The position numbers and the translations under genes are program-made. This document shows, piece by piece, positions 1 to 9,317 of a stretch of DNA of 25,121 nucleotides. The stretch lies in IMG/VR virus record IMGVR_UViG_3300014169_000022, positions 1 through 25,121 of that record. The stretch is one strand, 5' to 3'. This DNA comes from a virus (Duplodnaviria > Caudoviricetes). Positions within the stretch are counted from its first letter, which is position 1. Every line of letters begins with the position of its first letter. The notes beneath the pieces are model-generated. The model was given only the letters and a program-made list of their open reading frames with translations, had not been told where the DNA came from and did not search any database.

Positions 1-39
1 GGAATATTGGGTTGATATGACATCTTAGCTCCTTAAGTA

Positions 40-1110
40 TCAACTTCCTGCAAAGTAAGGGGTACCATCAGTTATAGGCGTTTGCCATGGTTGAGAATAA
101 ACGGTTGGGTTTCTAACTCTGGTAATCTGGATCAGTCCGCGAGCCCTGGCTATCGATTCGTAGTAGTCATAGCGTCCTTGCAGTTTCGCTATGCTGTCAA
201 CATCTAGGTTATCCTCAAAAACAGACATAGCCGCTCCAAAAGCAATCACTTGCCACAGCTCTTGAAGTTCGGGCAATGAAGTGTTGTACATGAGAGAAGC
301 AGGCTTTCGATAGGTCTTCATTTCGACAATATAGCCATTATCGGGCACAGGAGAGACAAGGATCTGATTTTGAAAGAAAAGCACATATCGAGGCCTTGAA
401 GCTGCGTATACATAGACACTTGCAAAGATCTGGTTGCCTTGGGGTACAGGCTGACTAAAGGTAATTTCGACAGCGCCCGTGAAATAGTTAATGCTTCCCG
501 ATTGCTGAACTTGGACATCTCCAATAAACGTGCCCGTGTCCTGAAACCTGGCATTTAAACCTGTGCCTGATCCTGAAATAAGAGTAGGAGTGTCAGTCGC
601 ATTCAATGAATAGCTATTGCCCATCTGCGCCGATATCAACACCTCATTCTCAATGCCTATCGGTGTCGTGTAAGGAAAGGTAGAAAGCGTCGTGTCCGAA
701 GGGTTGTTGTTTGTCGTGTTGTACGATCTATGAAACGGAGTGCTTGATATCTGACCTGTATAGGGTCCCATTGTGTTATTACCAGTAGCTATCTGCTGAA
801 CATAAGAATATCTAGGCCTAACAGCATAAAACTGTGCAGGTTCTGTAAAGAGTTTGCACGGGTATCCGCCAATTCTAACAGGATCTTGCACATAGTCGTA
901 ATTCTCAGAGTCAAAGGCGTATACGTCAATTCCTGGCTGAGTACTAAACGTATACGTATCTTCCATCTTCAAGATGCGAAGATCAGCCGGCATTCCATAT
1001 TGTAAATAATTGTTTATGTGATAGTCGCAAGCAGCATCTGACAGCTGAGATTCATCTCTCGCCGTCAAACTTCTCATCTTATTTCTAATGGTCTGAAGGG
1101 TTGCAGACAT
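40..1110 (-). CDS. virion structural protein, putative head-tail adaptor / tail tubular protein A-like
   Basis: 356-aa ORF downstream of the capsid genes. Helical N-terminus (TLQTIRNKMRSLT...DYHINNY) and C-terminal 'ILVSPVPDNGYIVEMKTYRKP...PELQELWQVIAFGAA' resemble podovirus adaptor proteins. Assigned from position and pattern. Confidence 0.55.
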   Translation of the reverse strand: MSATLQTIRNKMRSLTARDESQLSDAACDYHINNYLQYGMPADLRILKMEDTYTFSTQPGIDVYAFDSENYDYVQDPVRIGGYPCKLFTEPAQFYAVRPRYSYVQQIATGNNTMGPYTGQISSTPFHRSYNTTNNNPSDTTLSTFPYTTPIGIENEVLISAQMGNSYSLNATDTPTLISGSGTGLNARFQDTGTFIGDVQVQQSGSINYFTGAVEITFSQPVPQGNQIFASVYVYAASRPRYVLFFQNQILVSPVPDNGYIVEMKTYRKPASLMYNTSLPELQELWQVIAFGAAMSVFEDNLDVDSIAKLQGRYDYYESIARARGLIQITRVRNPTVYSQPWQTPITDGTPYFAGS

Positions 1111-1604
1111 TAGTTTATAAACTCCTCAATCATGAAGTTAAAGCGCTGCTTTCCTCCTGTCAAAAGAGGCACATATTTTCTAACGCCTGGCGAAATTTCT
1201 ACTGGCGATTCGCTATATTGCGTTAAACGACAGTTGTTGTTGATGTAATCGGCTATGTATTTTCGAATGATATAGGTCCCACCGTCTACCATGACATGAG
1301 TTTGGATCTCTTCCCAAGGTCCCATGTGAAATTCAATCTGACCGCTCATGCTTTCGTGATTTAAAAATCGTCCCTTTACAAACTTATGATCCAAATCATA
1401 CTTTTGCTTCATCTTAGGGTGCAACTTTTCGTAGTTGAATCCTGTTTTCTTCTCACGATGGTATAAAGAGGACTGAACAGGCTCATTTTTTTGCCTTTCC
1501 ACCACGCTTCCCATATCAAGAGTGGCTACGCTTGATTGCTGAATCATGTTCTCTTCATTAAAAGCACCTTCTCCAGAGAAAAGAGCGTTTTTTTCTTTTG
1601 TCAT
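1110..1604 (-). CDS. hypothetical protein in virion module
   Basis: 164-aa ORF with SD AGGAG. TAATG overlap couples it to the next gene. Confidence 0.75.
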   Translation of the reverse strand: MTKEKNALFSGEGAFNEENMIQQSSVATLDMGSVVERQKNEPVQSSLYHREKKTGFNYEKLHPKMKQKYDLDHKFVKGRFLNHESMSGQIEFHMGPWEEIQTHVMVDGGTYIIRKYIADYINNNCRLTQYSESPVEISPGVRKYVPLLTGGKQRFNFMIEEFIN

Positions 1605-1626
1605 GTTATTTTCTCCTGCCAGTTAA

Positions 1627-1700
1627 CACAGTTAAAGGGACGGAGGGGTAACGCATAAGTTAACTGTGCAACAAACCTTTGCGTATTTTCCCCTCCTTCC
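1627..1700 (-). other. structured intergenic RNA (long hairpin, possible pseudoknot or antisense loop)
   Basis: Arms 1638-1655 and 1680-1700 are complementary (GGAGGGG/CCCCTCC, ACGCA/TGCGT). Loop segment 1660-1668 is complementary to flank 1627-1635. Confidence 0.6.
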
Positions 1701-1706
1701 TAATTT

Positions 1707-2630
1707 TTAGGTTGCTTGTTGAGCGGCATAAGCTGCGTAGTAAACTACGTCTCCTGAAGCGCCAACGATAGCTGATCCAATTATGATTCCCATCTGACCG
1801 GCGTTATAAGTGGAGTTAGTTAAAACCACCTGTTCACCAATCGGCAAAGCTTGAGGCTGCGTATAAGCTGGGCCTCCACTTGCCGGATAAGCAAATGCCG
1901 TAAATGCGCTGGTATTGATGTTAACTACATAGTTCAAGGCGTCAACGACACTGATGACTTGTCCTACCATGTTGTAAATCTGTACCATCCCAAATGGAGC
2001 ATACACATAAAAGTTTACGTAAGCGCCAACGGTCAAATTGTGAGGAACGCTAGTCGATACCTGAGCGTTTGTAGCTTGCGTAATGTTTGTGATGACAACA
2101 TCAGCCGGCTCAAATAGACCAGGATCTTGGACTTTGGTTGAATAACCACCGGTAGCCGCAGCGGCAAATCCAGATGTATTGATTGGAATGCTAAAGCTGT
2201 TAGCATCAATAACCGTGATTTGAAACAAGATACCGTTTAACTGCGTCATCCCAACAAGGTTAGTCAATCGAACGTAGTCGCCGGTTGAATAACCGTGTCC
2301 TGTTTCGCTAACAACCGCTGGGTTTGCCTGGCTAATTCCACTCAAAGCTTGAGCGGGATACAAGACAGGATTGTTATCATTGAAAAGGGTAAATCCACCC
2401 GATGTAATGACACTTGATGAATCGGTCGCGGCTGAGTTTGTGTTTTTAGTCACAAATGCACTACCGGCCGGCATTCCATTAAACCAATTCGCTTGCTTCA
2501 CCACACCTGGGTTAGCCGTTGAATTTTGGTTGCTATAGTTGTACAACTCAAAACGATCTACTCCAGAGGGAATATCAAGTAATAAAGCTGCACCTGTAGA
2601 GACATATGAACCTGTTATAATAGTAGCCAT
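1707..2630 (-). CDS. capsid decoration / minor structural protein with two repeated beta domains (E1-FCCH-like)
   Basis: Directly after the major capsid gene. Two repeats: 'ISQANPAVVSETGHGYSTGDYVRL...GMTQLNG...FSIPINTSGF' and 'ITQATNAQVSTSVPHNLTVGAYVNF...GMVQIYN...YVVNINTSAF'. Confidence 0.65.
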   Translation of the reverse strand: MATIITGSYVSTGAALLLDIPSGVDRFELYNYSNQNSTANPGVVKQANWFNGMPAGSAFVTKNTNSAATDSSSVITSGGFTLFNDNNPVLYPAQALSGISQANPAVVSETGHGYSTGDYVRLTNLVGMTQLNGILFQITVIDANSFSIPINTSGFAAAATGGYSTKVQDPGLFEPADVVITNITQATNAQVSTSVPHNLTVGAYVNFYVYAPFGMVQIYNMVGQVISVVDALNYVVNINTSAFTAFAYPASGGPAYTQPQALPIGEQVVLTNSTYNAGQMGIIIGSAIVGASGDVVYYAAYAAQQAT

Positions 2631-2643
2631 ATAGTGTTACTCC

Positions 2644-3603
2644 TTAAGCTGCTTGTGTGCTTCGTAGATTAATAATCCATCCATCGTTCAACACACGCTG
2701 AGCCATAGCAAACTTAAAGCCAGCTGTCTGTCTCAAGTTGGTTGGGTCATTTCCCCAGCCAAGTGGTTTGTAAATGAATTGAGCCGTAGCGCCATCAAGA
2801 TAGATTTGGCCGTAGCTTTCCATACCCACAACAAAGTTGTTATAAACGGTATTTCCAAGACCTGAAGCATTTAAAGAAAGGCTTCCAAGTGGGCTAAGCA
2901 ACCATCTCGTGTTTCGAACGGCTCCCCACTCTGGTCTTAAAATATGTTCTTGATACGGGTATTCGGAAACGGGTTTGAAATCCAGAACGTTTTCCAAATC
3001 GCTCGATAAGTTGGTATGCGCCAAAACCATGTAGGCTTGACGTACTGGGCTTGTACCAAATTTCATCGCGCCGTCTTCAACATCCATGATTGTACGAGCT
3101 GAGTTGGTCAGCAATGTACGTGTCACGTTTGAAATATCGGTCGCTGTCAATTCTGTTGGTATATCGCCGTTTACACCCGCTGTGCAGTTCACGAAGGAAG
3201 CTGTCGCAAGCAAAGTATCTCGCATCAGCTGGTCTTCAGTTTCACGCAAGCATTGTGCAAGCAGATCAACAGTTTGAGCGAGTACGTCCTCTTGAGAAAT
3301 CAAGCTAACCTGATCCGTCAAAATCACATAGCCGTTATACCACTGAATCGTTGCATCAATGTTAACGTTTGAAAGAGGAAGCGCAGGGCCTGTTAGGCCT
3401 GATGCTCCGACAGGGACCGGCACAGTTGGCAGGTTGTTATAGCGTCTAAATCTATGGATATTACCAGACGCCATCGGGTGCTGCTTTTTCATGGAAAGCA
3501 GACTGTGAATAGTATAAGGACGCTTACGAGCTAACAATAAGTCGTCAGCGTATTGCTGCACTTGGGGTGGCAGCGTATTAATGGTATTGATTGGGCCCGA
3601 CAT
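2644..3603 (-). CDS. major capsid protein, N4-gp56-like family
   Basis: 319 aa after the scaffold gene. Motifs 'FRRYNNL', 'LRETEDQLMRDTL', 'EWGAVRNTRW' and 'DPTNLRQTAGFKF...LNDGWI' resemble N4-gp56-type capsids. Confidence 0.85.
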   Translation of the reverse strand: MSGPINTINTLPPQVQQYADDLLLARKRPYTIHSLLSMKKQHPMASGNIHRFRRYNNLPTVPVPVGASGLTGPALPLSNVNIDATIQWYNGYVILTDQVSLISQEDVLAQTVDLLAQCLRETEDQLMRDTLLATASFVNCTAGVNGDIPTELTATDISNVTRTLLTNSARTIMDVEDGAMKFGTSPVRQAYMVLAHTNLSSDLENVLDFKPVSEYPYQEHILRPEWGAVRNTRWLLSPLGSLSLNASGLGNTVYNNFVVGMESYGQIYLDGATAQFIYKPLGWGNDPTNLRQTAGFKFAMAQRVLNDGWIINLRSTQAA

Positions 3604-3641
3604 GGTCGCCTCAAGCTTGTAGCTAAAGGCATCAGACTAGG

Positions 3642-4322
3642 CTAGTAATTTCCGCCGAGATAGTTTTGAGCTCTTTTTAAAGCTGCCGCTTGCCGTGCTT
3701 CAATCTCTGCTATCGTGTTACCTGTCCCCATCGATGCGCTAGGATTTTTAGCCCCAGCCTCATTCAATGACCTTGGCGTAGAGGAAACTTCCTCTAGCTT
3801 TTTTCTCAAGTCAGGTTCACTTTTTTTAGTAGTCGGAGTATGAAGTTTTTTTAACAATTGGTACGCTGCCTCGTAGGGATTATCACTTTTCCTAACCATC
3901 TGCGCTAAAGCGGGGTTGCTAAGCAAATGTGTTTCTACGGTTTCGTCTGAAACATACTCGTCGTAATCCCGATACTTTATCCGCGCGATGTCTTCCTCTG
4001 ACAAGGCAGGCTTTTTTTGATTCTTAAGAGCTTCTATCTCACGCTTCAGCTTTTTTAAATGCTTGGCTTCTACCGTGTCATCATCAGCTAATGAATCAAA
4101 CTCATCTGGCTGACTCTGCTTTGCTCTTTCAATCTCCAAAAGTCTTGCTTCAAGTTCTTGGGCTCTTCTTTCTGCCTCATTCTTGCGCCTTTCGAGCTCC
4201 TTAAAATTCCTCTGAGCTACTTCAGAGTTAGGAGTTCTCGACGCCTCGGTGACCACATCTTGAGCAGCGACGGCCTGCTCTGTTACGCTAGAAACATCTT
4301 TAGATGCTGTTTCATCAGACAT
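3642..4322 (-). CDS. putative capsid scaffolding protein
   Basis: Charged coiled-coil protein immediately upstream of the capsid gene. Start at 4322 preferred because SD AAGGTG precedes it. Confidence 0.7.
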   Translation of the reverse strand: MSDETASKDVSSVTEQAVAAQDVVTEASRTPNSEVAQRNFKELERRKNEAERRAQELEARLLEIERAKQSQPDEFDSLADDDTVEAKHLKKLKREIEALKNQKKPALSEEDIARIKYRDYDEYVSDETVETHLLSNPALAQMVRKSDNPYEAAYQLLKKLHTPTTKKSEPDLRKKLEEVSSTPRSLNEAGAKNPSASMGTGNTIAEIEARQAAALKRAQNYLGGNY

Positions 4323-4382
4323 ATTCACCTTATTTGCACAGTTTCGGCTTGAGTGAAGAGCCATAACACTCAGTTAACATTG

Positions 4383-4411
4383 AAAGTATTTATAAATTGA
4401 ATTTTATGCAA
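4383..4411 (-). promoter_or_regulatory. sigma70/66-like promoter for scaffold-capsid genes
   Basis: TTGCAT-17 bp-TACTTT on the minus strand in the intergenic gap. Confidence 0.45.
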
Positions 4412-4420
4412 GCCATTCTT

Positions 4421-4882
4421 TTATTTGAATGAAGAAAAATCACCTCTTGCATACTCTTTGACCCATTTTACTAGGGTTTGATCGTATTCTTGCGGCATAG
4501 CCAGTATTTTACTCATCGAATAAGGTGGAGGCAGGGTCCATTTTAGCTCCAAAACATCTGTTCGGTGATTGTAGTAATAAACCTGTGTAGAGGGTTGTGG
4601 TTCAGGTCTAGTCCATCTAGCCTGTATCACTTGCCTCACCACAGTTTCCTTTTTCATGTCCTTCCACATAGCTATTTCTATCCAGAAAGACTTTCCAGGA
4701 TGTTTCTTTACTTCACTAGCTAAAAAGGTGTCCCTGCGCTTAATCAGTTCATCTTCCATCGATAAACGCATTTCAATGACCGGTATTTCCGGTCCATCAA
4801 GCATTTTCGTCTGTTCGATCAAAAGCTTACTGGCGAAATCTTGCGATTTCTTCACACCCATCTCGTAAGAGTTTAGTTGCAC
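4421..4882 (-). CDS. hypothetical protein in head module
   Basis: 153-aa ORF with GTG start preceded by GAGGT. Confidence 0.75.
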   Translation of the reverse strand: MQLNSYEMGVKKSQDFASKLLIEQTKMLDGPEIPVIEMRLSMEDELIKRRDTFLASEVKKHPGKSFWIEIAMWKDMKKETVVRQVIQARWTRPEPQPSTQVYYYNHRTDVLELKWTLPPPYSMSKILAMPQEYDQTLVKWVKEYARGDFSSFK

Positions 4883-4893
4883 AGTTATAACCT

Positions 4894-5094
4894 CTAAACT
4901 TCACAATTTCGAGACATATGACCGCGAATCTTTGCGGAATCGTGTCTGTAATCCTCTTCATTCTTTGACATATAAGTTTTGTCATCTGGGTACATGTTAT
5001 TGCCATACTTTGGCGCGCTAACAAGTGTACCGCTGTTTTCCATTCTAGCTGGGATTCCAGCCATTTTAGGGCCTCTAACTCTATCTTCTTTCAT
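4894..5094 (-). CDS. small hypothetical protein
   Basis: 66 aa, SD AAGGAG, fills the gap after the portal gene. Confidence 0.7.
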   Translation of the reverse strand: MKEDRVRGPKMAGIPARMENSGTLVSAPKYGNNMYPDDKTYMSKNEEDYRHDSAKIRGHMSRNCEV

Positions 5095-5123
5095 AGTGTG
5101 TCTCCTTGCAAGTTGACATCTTA

Positions 5124-5152
5124 AAACTAATTTTTAATTGACGATTTGTCAA
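5124..5152 (-). promoter_or_regulatory. sigma70/66-like promoter
   Basis: TTGACA-17 bp-TAGTTT on the minus strand at the end of the portal gene. Confidence 0.5.
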
Positions 5153-7215
5153 GATTTTACTGCTGTTTCTTTTTCTTTATCTTGCATCGATAACTCGCTC
5201 AAATGCTTCAGAGTTTCTATTTGTGTCTTCAAATGCTCTAAATCAAGCCCTTTCAGCTCTTTGAGCGCTTTAACCAGATTGAGCATAGCTTGGGTATCTT
5301 CAGCATGGGCTTTTTCCATACGCTCAAGGCTTTCCATTTTCTCGACTTGCATCTTTGACATACGCTCAGCTGCAAGCGCTTTATCACTTTGTGATTTCGC
5401 AATGAGCACTTCATTCTCGATCTGCATGTTTTGCATTTCAATTTGTTGCTGATGAGCCAATTGCTGTTGCTGTTGCTGCATCGCTGCCTGAGTCGCATTC
5501 ACAAGATCGTTTTTGTTCTGAAGATTCATCGTCTTCATAATCTCTTGAACAATTTCAGGGGTTTGGATACCCATTTTGTAGATGTCATAGAGCTGAGCTG
5601 CTTGCATCTGTCGTTGTGTTGACGTATTCATGCCATCTTCGATCGAAATGTCATATTTCTCGATGTAAGGAGATAGAATATCTTCTGACGGCATGCGTCC
5701 CAAAATGCGCGCAAACTTCCACTTATTCCAATTCTTTTGCATGATCTCGATGTCGATATCGCCTATCATCGCTTGTGAGTTATCAAATCGGTTAAAGATG
5801 GTTTCGAGTGTTACAATACCCGCCGATTGCCTCAGCATGTTCAATACGCCCGACTGCGTATCATTTGTATCGAGTCCGAGCAACGCTTCCGATATGCCCG
5901 ATATCTCCATGACAGCCTCTTTCATCATCTGCGACATTTCAACCATGCCTTGATTGAGCTGAGCCGGTTGCTCTCGAATGCGTGAAAGTGCAGGATCTTT
6001 ACCGCGCTTGAAGAATCGAACGGTGCCATTACCTGTTTTTTGAGCATCTTCGGGCGTTAAATAGAAGTCCTCTTCGACAAGCTCACCTGCGTTCACCTGA
6101 GATTCCATGCCATCCAATCCAAGCACAATCATGCGATTAAAGATGTATTGCGGATCTCGTAAACGTCTTGTAATGCCTTGAAACTTAAATGGCCAATCGT
6201 TAAAAGCTGGCTCGAAATAAGATAAGATTGGAGTGAATGGATAACGATCAATCTTTAAGGGATTAGGGCCATGGTACAACACTTTTCGATTCGCAATGAT
6301 GCCAAGTCTAACCGTCGGCTTCATATACTTTATTTCTTTGATGTCTTCCATTTCCACGAATAATTGAGGATCAACCTTGGTGCCCTCTTTTAGCTCTTTC
6401 ATTTCTCCGGTTTTCATATTGACTAAAGCTCTAACTTCTCGAACGTCAGCATACCAGTACTCATCGACGGGAATCATGCCTCGAACTGAGTACTGATTAT
6501 TCTCGGGCATGAAATAAAACTTTGCGTCTCGAAGATCGGCTGTACTTATAGACATGATTTCTTCTGCCATTTTTGGCATCAGAGCTACTAGCGCTTTCCT
6601 GTCCATATAGCGCCTTACCCATATGTAAGAACAGTCACTTAGGTTAGGATTTCTCCAAAACGGATCACAGAATATGCTCGAGTACTCGAGCACTCTGTGC
6701 TTAATATCGCCATTAACAAGATCTTCTCGTCTGTCTAGCCAAGATTCTATAAAGCTAAGCCCTACTTTCTGAGCGCTTGCAAACGCATCGCTAAAGTGCT
6801 CATACGCTCCACTTTTCGCATACGCCCACTGAATGCAATTGCTTAAGTCATCAGCCATCTGCTGTTGTGAATATCCAGTCTGCTGGGGTGTGACAATCGT
6901 CGTTTTACGCTGCTGCCTTTGTCTACCGCACACCATCTCGATGCATTTATTGACGATGTTGAAGTGAAGTTGTCTCTTGCCAGTGGTGGGAAAGTCTGTA
7001 CCGTAGCTCGACCATACGCTTTGATCGCCTACTACCGTGCGCATATCCATATTGGCCTCATTCCAAAAGCCTTGCCAAATCGGACTTGCTTGCGAATAAG
7101 ATATGTCGACTCGATCGAGAAGGGCTTTCTCGTTTGCGACTTCATCTAAATCTTTGTACCACGTAGGGATCGGAGGATTTTCAGGCTCAGACCCAGGAAG
7201 CACTTGAATCGGCAT
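5149..7215 (-). CDS. portal protein (P22-like)
   Basis: 688 aa after TerL. Motifs 'LHFNIVNKCIEMVCGRQRQ', 'YPFTP' and 'GITRRLRDPQYIFNR', plus a Q-rich C-terminal coiled coil, fit P22-type portals. Confidence 0.85.
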   Translation of the reverse strand: MPIQVLPGSEPENPPIPTWYKDLDEVANEKALLDRVDISYSQASPIWQGFWNEANMDMRTVVGDQSVWSSYGTDFPTTGKRQLHFNIVNKCIEMVCGRQRQQRKTTIVTPQQTGYSQQQMADDLSNCIQWAYAKSGAYEHFSDAFASAQKVGLSFIESWLDRREDLVNGDIKHRVLEYSSIFCDPFWRNPNLSDCSYIWVRRYMDRKALVALMPKMAEEIMSISTADLRDAKFYFMPENNQYSVRGMIPVDEYWYADVREVRALVNMKTGEMKELKEGTKVDPQLFVEMEDIKEIKYMKPTVRLGIIANRKVLYHGPNPLKIDRYPFTPILSYFEPAFNDWPFKFQGITRRLRDPQYIFNRMIVLGLDGMESQVNAGELVEEDFYLTPEDAQKTGNGTVRFFKRGKDPALSRIREQPAQLNQGMVEMSQMMKEAVMEISGISEALLGLDTNDTQSGVLNMLRQSAGIVTLETIFNRFDNSQAMIGDIDIEIMQKNWNKWKFARILGRMPSEDILSPYIEKYDISIEDGMNTSTQRQMQAAQLYDIYKMGIQTPEIVQEIMKTMNLQNKNDLVNATQAAMQQQQQQLAHQQQIEMQNMQIENEVLIAKSQSDKALAAERMSKMQVEKMESLERMEKAHAEDTQAMLNLVKALKELKGLDLEHLKTQIETLKHLSELSMQDKEKETAVKS

Positions 7216-7258
7216 TAAAAACGTCTACACTTTGCACAGTATAAATTTTTAATTTACT

Positions 7259-8749
7259 CTACATATACCGCGTTTTACGCGCAAAGTCTATCTGTTTGCG
7301 CTGATCTGCCGTAAAACCTGTATTTTTCACAAAATCTAAGCCTTCTATGGCGTACATTAAACTAGATGCGCCGTGCGAATTTTCGTCATGAAAGGGCTCT
7401 CTAGCCCAAAAGCCGGTACTTACCCACTTTTTGCGATAGTTGTCTAAGCATTTGATCCCAGCTTTACACTTTTCTACGTCGAACCAGCATCGATTAAAAT
7501 GGGTTCTAGCTAAGTCAATCGAAAGCTGAATGTCTGGCGTTCGTCTAATCACATCAAAATCTATGCCTAAGCGTCTTGCGAATTCTCTTCGAGTCAAACC
7601 GGTTTGGAGCTCATGTGCTTCGATATCATGGGGCGCAAAATGCTTAGCGTATTGATATGGCTTGTTTCTGATTAGCTCGATGTATTCCTGAAGGCTCTTG
7701 CCTTGGTCTTGATAGTAGTCAATGAAATGGATCTCCTGGCCGCATATCTGAAAAAACCAAATTGCTGTGTGATCTGAATAGCCTAAATCCCACGCGGTGT
7801 AAACAAGCTGCGATCGATCGAGCGGTACATGCGATATGCGATTCTGAGCTCTTGCTATCATCAATTGTGGGCCGAAGATAAGTCCCTCTTGTGAAGCTTC
7901 AAAAGCTTCAGCTGGCGTAGTGGGATATTCTCTCATCATATCTTCGCCAAGCGCTGCTTTTTTCTTTGTGTACCACACTTTTTGCGAAGGTCCTAAAATA
8001 ATGCCTGATTTTTCCAGTACATCAAAGTATTTTTCCGTCTCAACCGGTATGTAGACGGCTTCATCAATCTTGTAATCGGGCTCTTTGTACCAGGGAAAAA
8101 AGTGGAATTGATAGTCTAGTGTGGTAAGTTTTATCTTTGATTTGGCTGCGTCTTGAGCTTCTATGCACAAGTCATGAAAATGGCCTTCTCTGCCTTCTGC
8201 GGTGGATTCAATAAAGCAGATACCATTCTTTGGCACTGCTTCAATAGCGCCTGTGCGTATTTCTCTAGCCTTTTCAGGATACTTAGCGCATATCTTCCCG
8301 TATTCTGATACTAGCAGTCTCTGCAAGGTATCCCCACGCATCGAAAGTCCTACACGCAAGCTAGAACCGTTTGATAAGCTAAGTTCTGTCTGTGAATCGC
8401 GAATGGGGTAGATGATCTTTTTGAATGATTCGGGAAGGTTGTCATAAGCATATTTAACGCGTCTGAAGATTTTGCGAACGTCTTCCTCGGTATGTGCGAT
8501 GATACCGGCTTTCAGATCACTGGTGAAAAGACAATCGTCTAAAAAGAAAAGGCTTATAGCCGTTGTACAACCCAGCTGTCTAGCTTTCAGAATGACGTTT
8601 CTATACCAAATGTTTTGATATAACTCTATCTGAGCCCAGTTCGGCTGATAAGTGATCTGCTTTCCGTCCTTGTCTACTATCTTGTACATGCAAGACAGGC
8701 GCTTCCAACGATCTTTTATAAGCTCATCAACTGTAAAGCTGCTTGACAT
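7259..8749 (-). CDS. terL: terminase large subunit
   Basis: Walker A-like 'LKARQLGCTT', Walker B 'LLVSE', coupling motif 'ESTAEG', nuclease motif 'AWDLGYSD', also 'APHD'. Confidence 0.93.
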   Translation of the reverse strand: MSSSFTVDELIKDRWKRLSCMYKIVDKDGKQITYQPNWAQIELYQNIWYRNVILKARQLGCTTAISLFFLDDCLFTSDLKAGIIAHTEEDVRKIFRRVKYAYDNLPESFKKIIYPIRDSQTELSLSNGSSLRVGLSMRGDTLQRLLVSEYGKICAKYPEKAREIRTGAIEAVPKNGICFIESTAEGREGHFHDLCIEAQDAAKSKIKLTTLDYQFHFFPWYKEPDYKIDEAVYIPVETEKYFDVLEKSGIILGPSQKVWYTKKKAALGEDMMREYPTTPAEAFEASQEGLIFGPQLMIARAQNRISHVPLDRSQLVYTAWDLGYSDHTAIWFFQICGQEIHFIDYYQDQGKSLQEYIELIRNKPYQYAKHFAPHDIEAHELQTGLTRREFARRLGIDFDVIRRTPDIQLSIDLARTHFNRCWFDVEKCKAGIKCLDNYRKKWVSTGFWAREPFHDENSHGASSLMYAIEGLDFVKNTGFTADQRKQIDFARKTRYM

Positions 8750-9189
8750 TATGATTTCTTGATTGCTGATTCGCTCTTGTTAACGATCTCTTCCATAGCC
8801 TCGCGAGCACCGACTAAAGCTTCATTCTCTTGTTTCTTTAGAGAGCTTTTGAATCTAGATTCTGCGTCCTCTTCATCTCTAACTTCGCTGAAATAATATC
8901 TCAAGAATCTATGGCTTATTGATGGATTAACAGTGCCGTTGATATATTGTAGAGCTATTTCTCTCATTGCAATGTCATAATAGGGGACAAACTCAGGTCT
9001 CTTCGACATAGTATCAAAATCGCTTTTAGATATACCCATGTGACTACTATAGTATTCTGATATATGCATAGGTGAATTTTCTTCAATCCAGCTTAGCATA
9101 TACTCGCCCATTTTAATCATCTCTTCGGGCTCTAGAGATACTGTGCGCGGTCTTCCAATTCTCCTTTTTTTTACAACCTGTTCGGACAT
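8749..9189 (-). CDS. terS: putative terminase small subunit
   Basis: 146 aa with N-terminal 'GRPR' motif, directly upstream of and coupled to TerL. Confidence 0.7.
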   Translation of the reverse strand: MSEQVVKKRRIGRPRTVSLEPEEMIKMGEYMLSWIEENSPMHISEYYSSHMGISKSDFDTMSKRPEFVPYYDIAMREIALQYINGTVNPSISHRFLRYYFSEVRDEEDAESRFKSSLKKQENEALVGAREAMEEIVNKSESAIKKS

Positions 9190-9317
9190 TACTTACCTCT
9201 CTTTAGAACAGCTTTAAGAGTCTTTTTACTATGCTCGAATTGCTTAGTATCACCGTACTTTTTAGTGATAAACCTTTTAGAGGGAGCACGAGCGCTCGTG
9301 ACAGAGAATGAGTGCAT
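9189..9317 (-). CDS. 42-aa basic protein (not in ORF track)
   Basis: MHSFSVTSARAPSKRFITKKYGDTKQFEHSKKTLKAVLKRGK. SD GAGGT and TAATG coupling at both ends. Confidence 0.65.
   Translation of the reverse strand: MHSFSVTSARAPSKRFITKKYGDTKQFEHSKKTLKAVLKRGK

Noticed and set aside
5455-5490. CAG/CAA repeats in the portal gene
   Set aside because: They encode the Q-rich coiled coil usual in P22-like portals.
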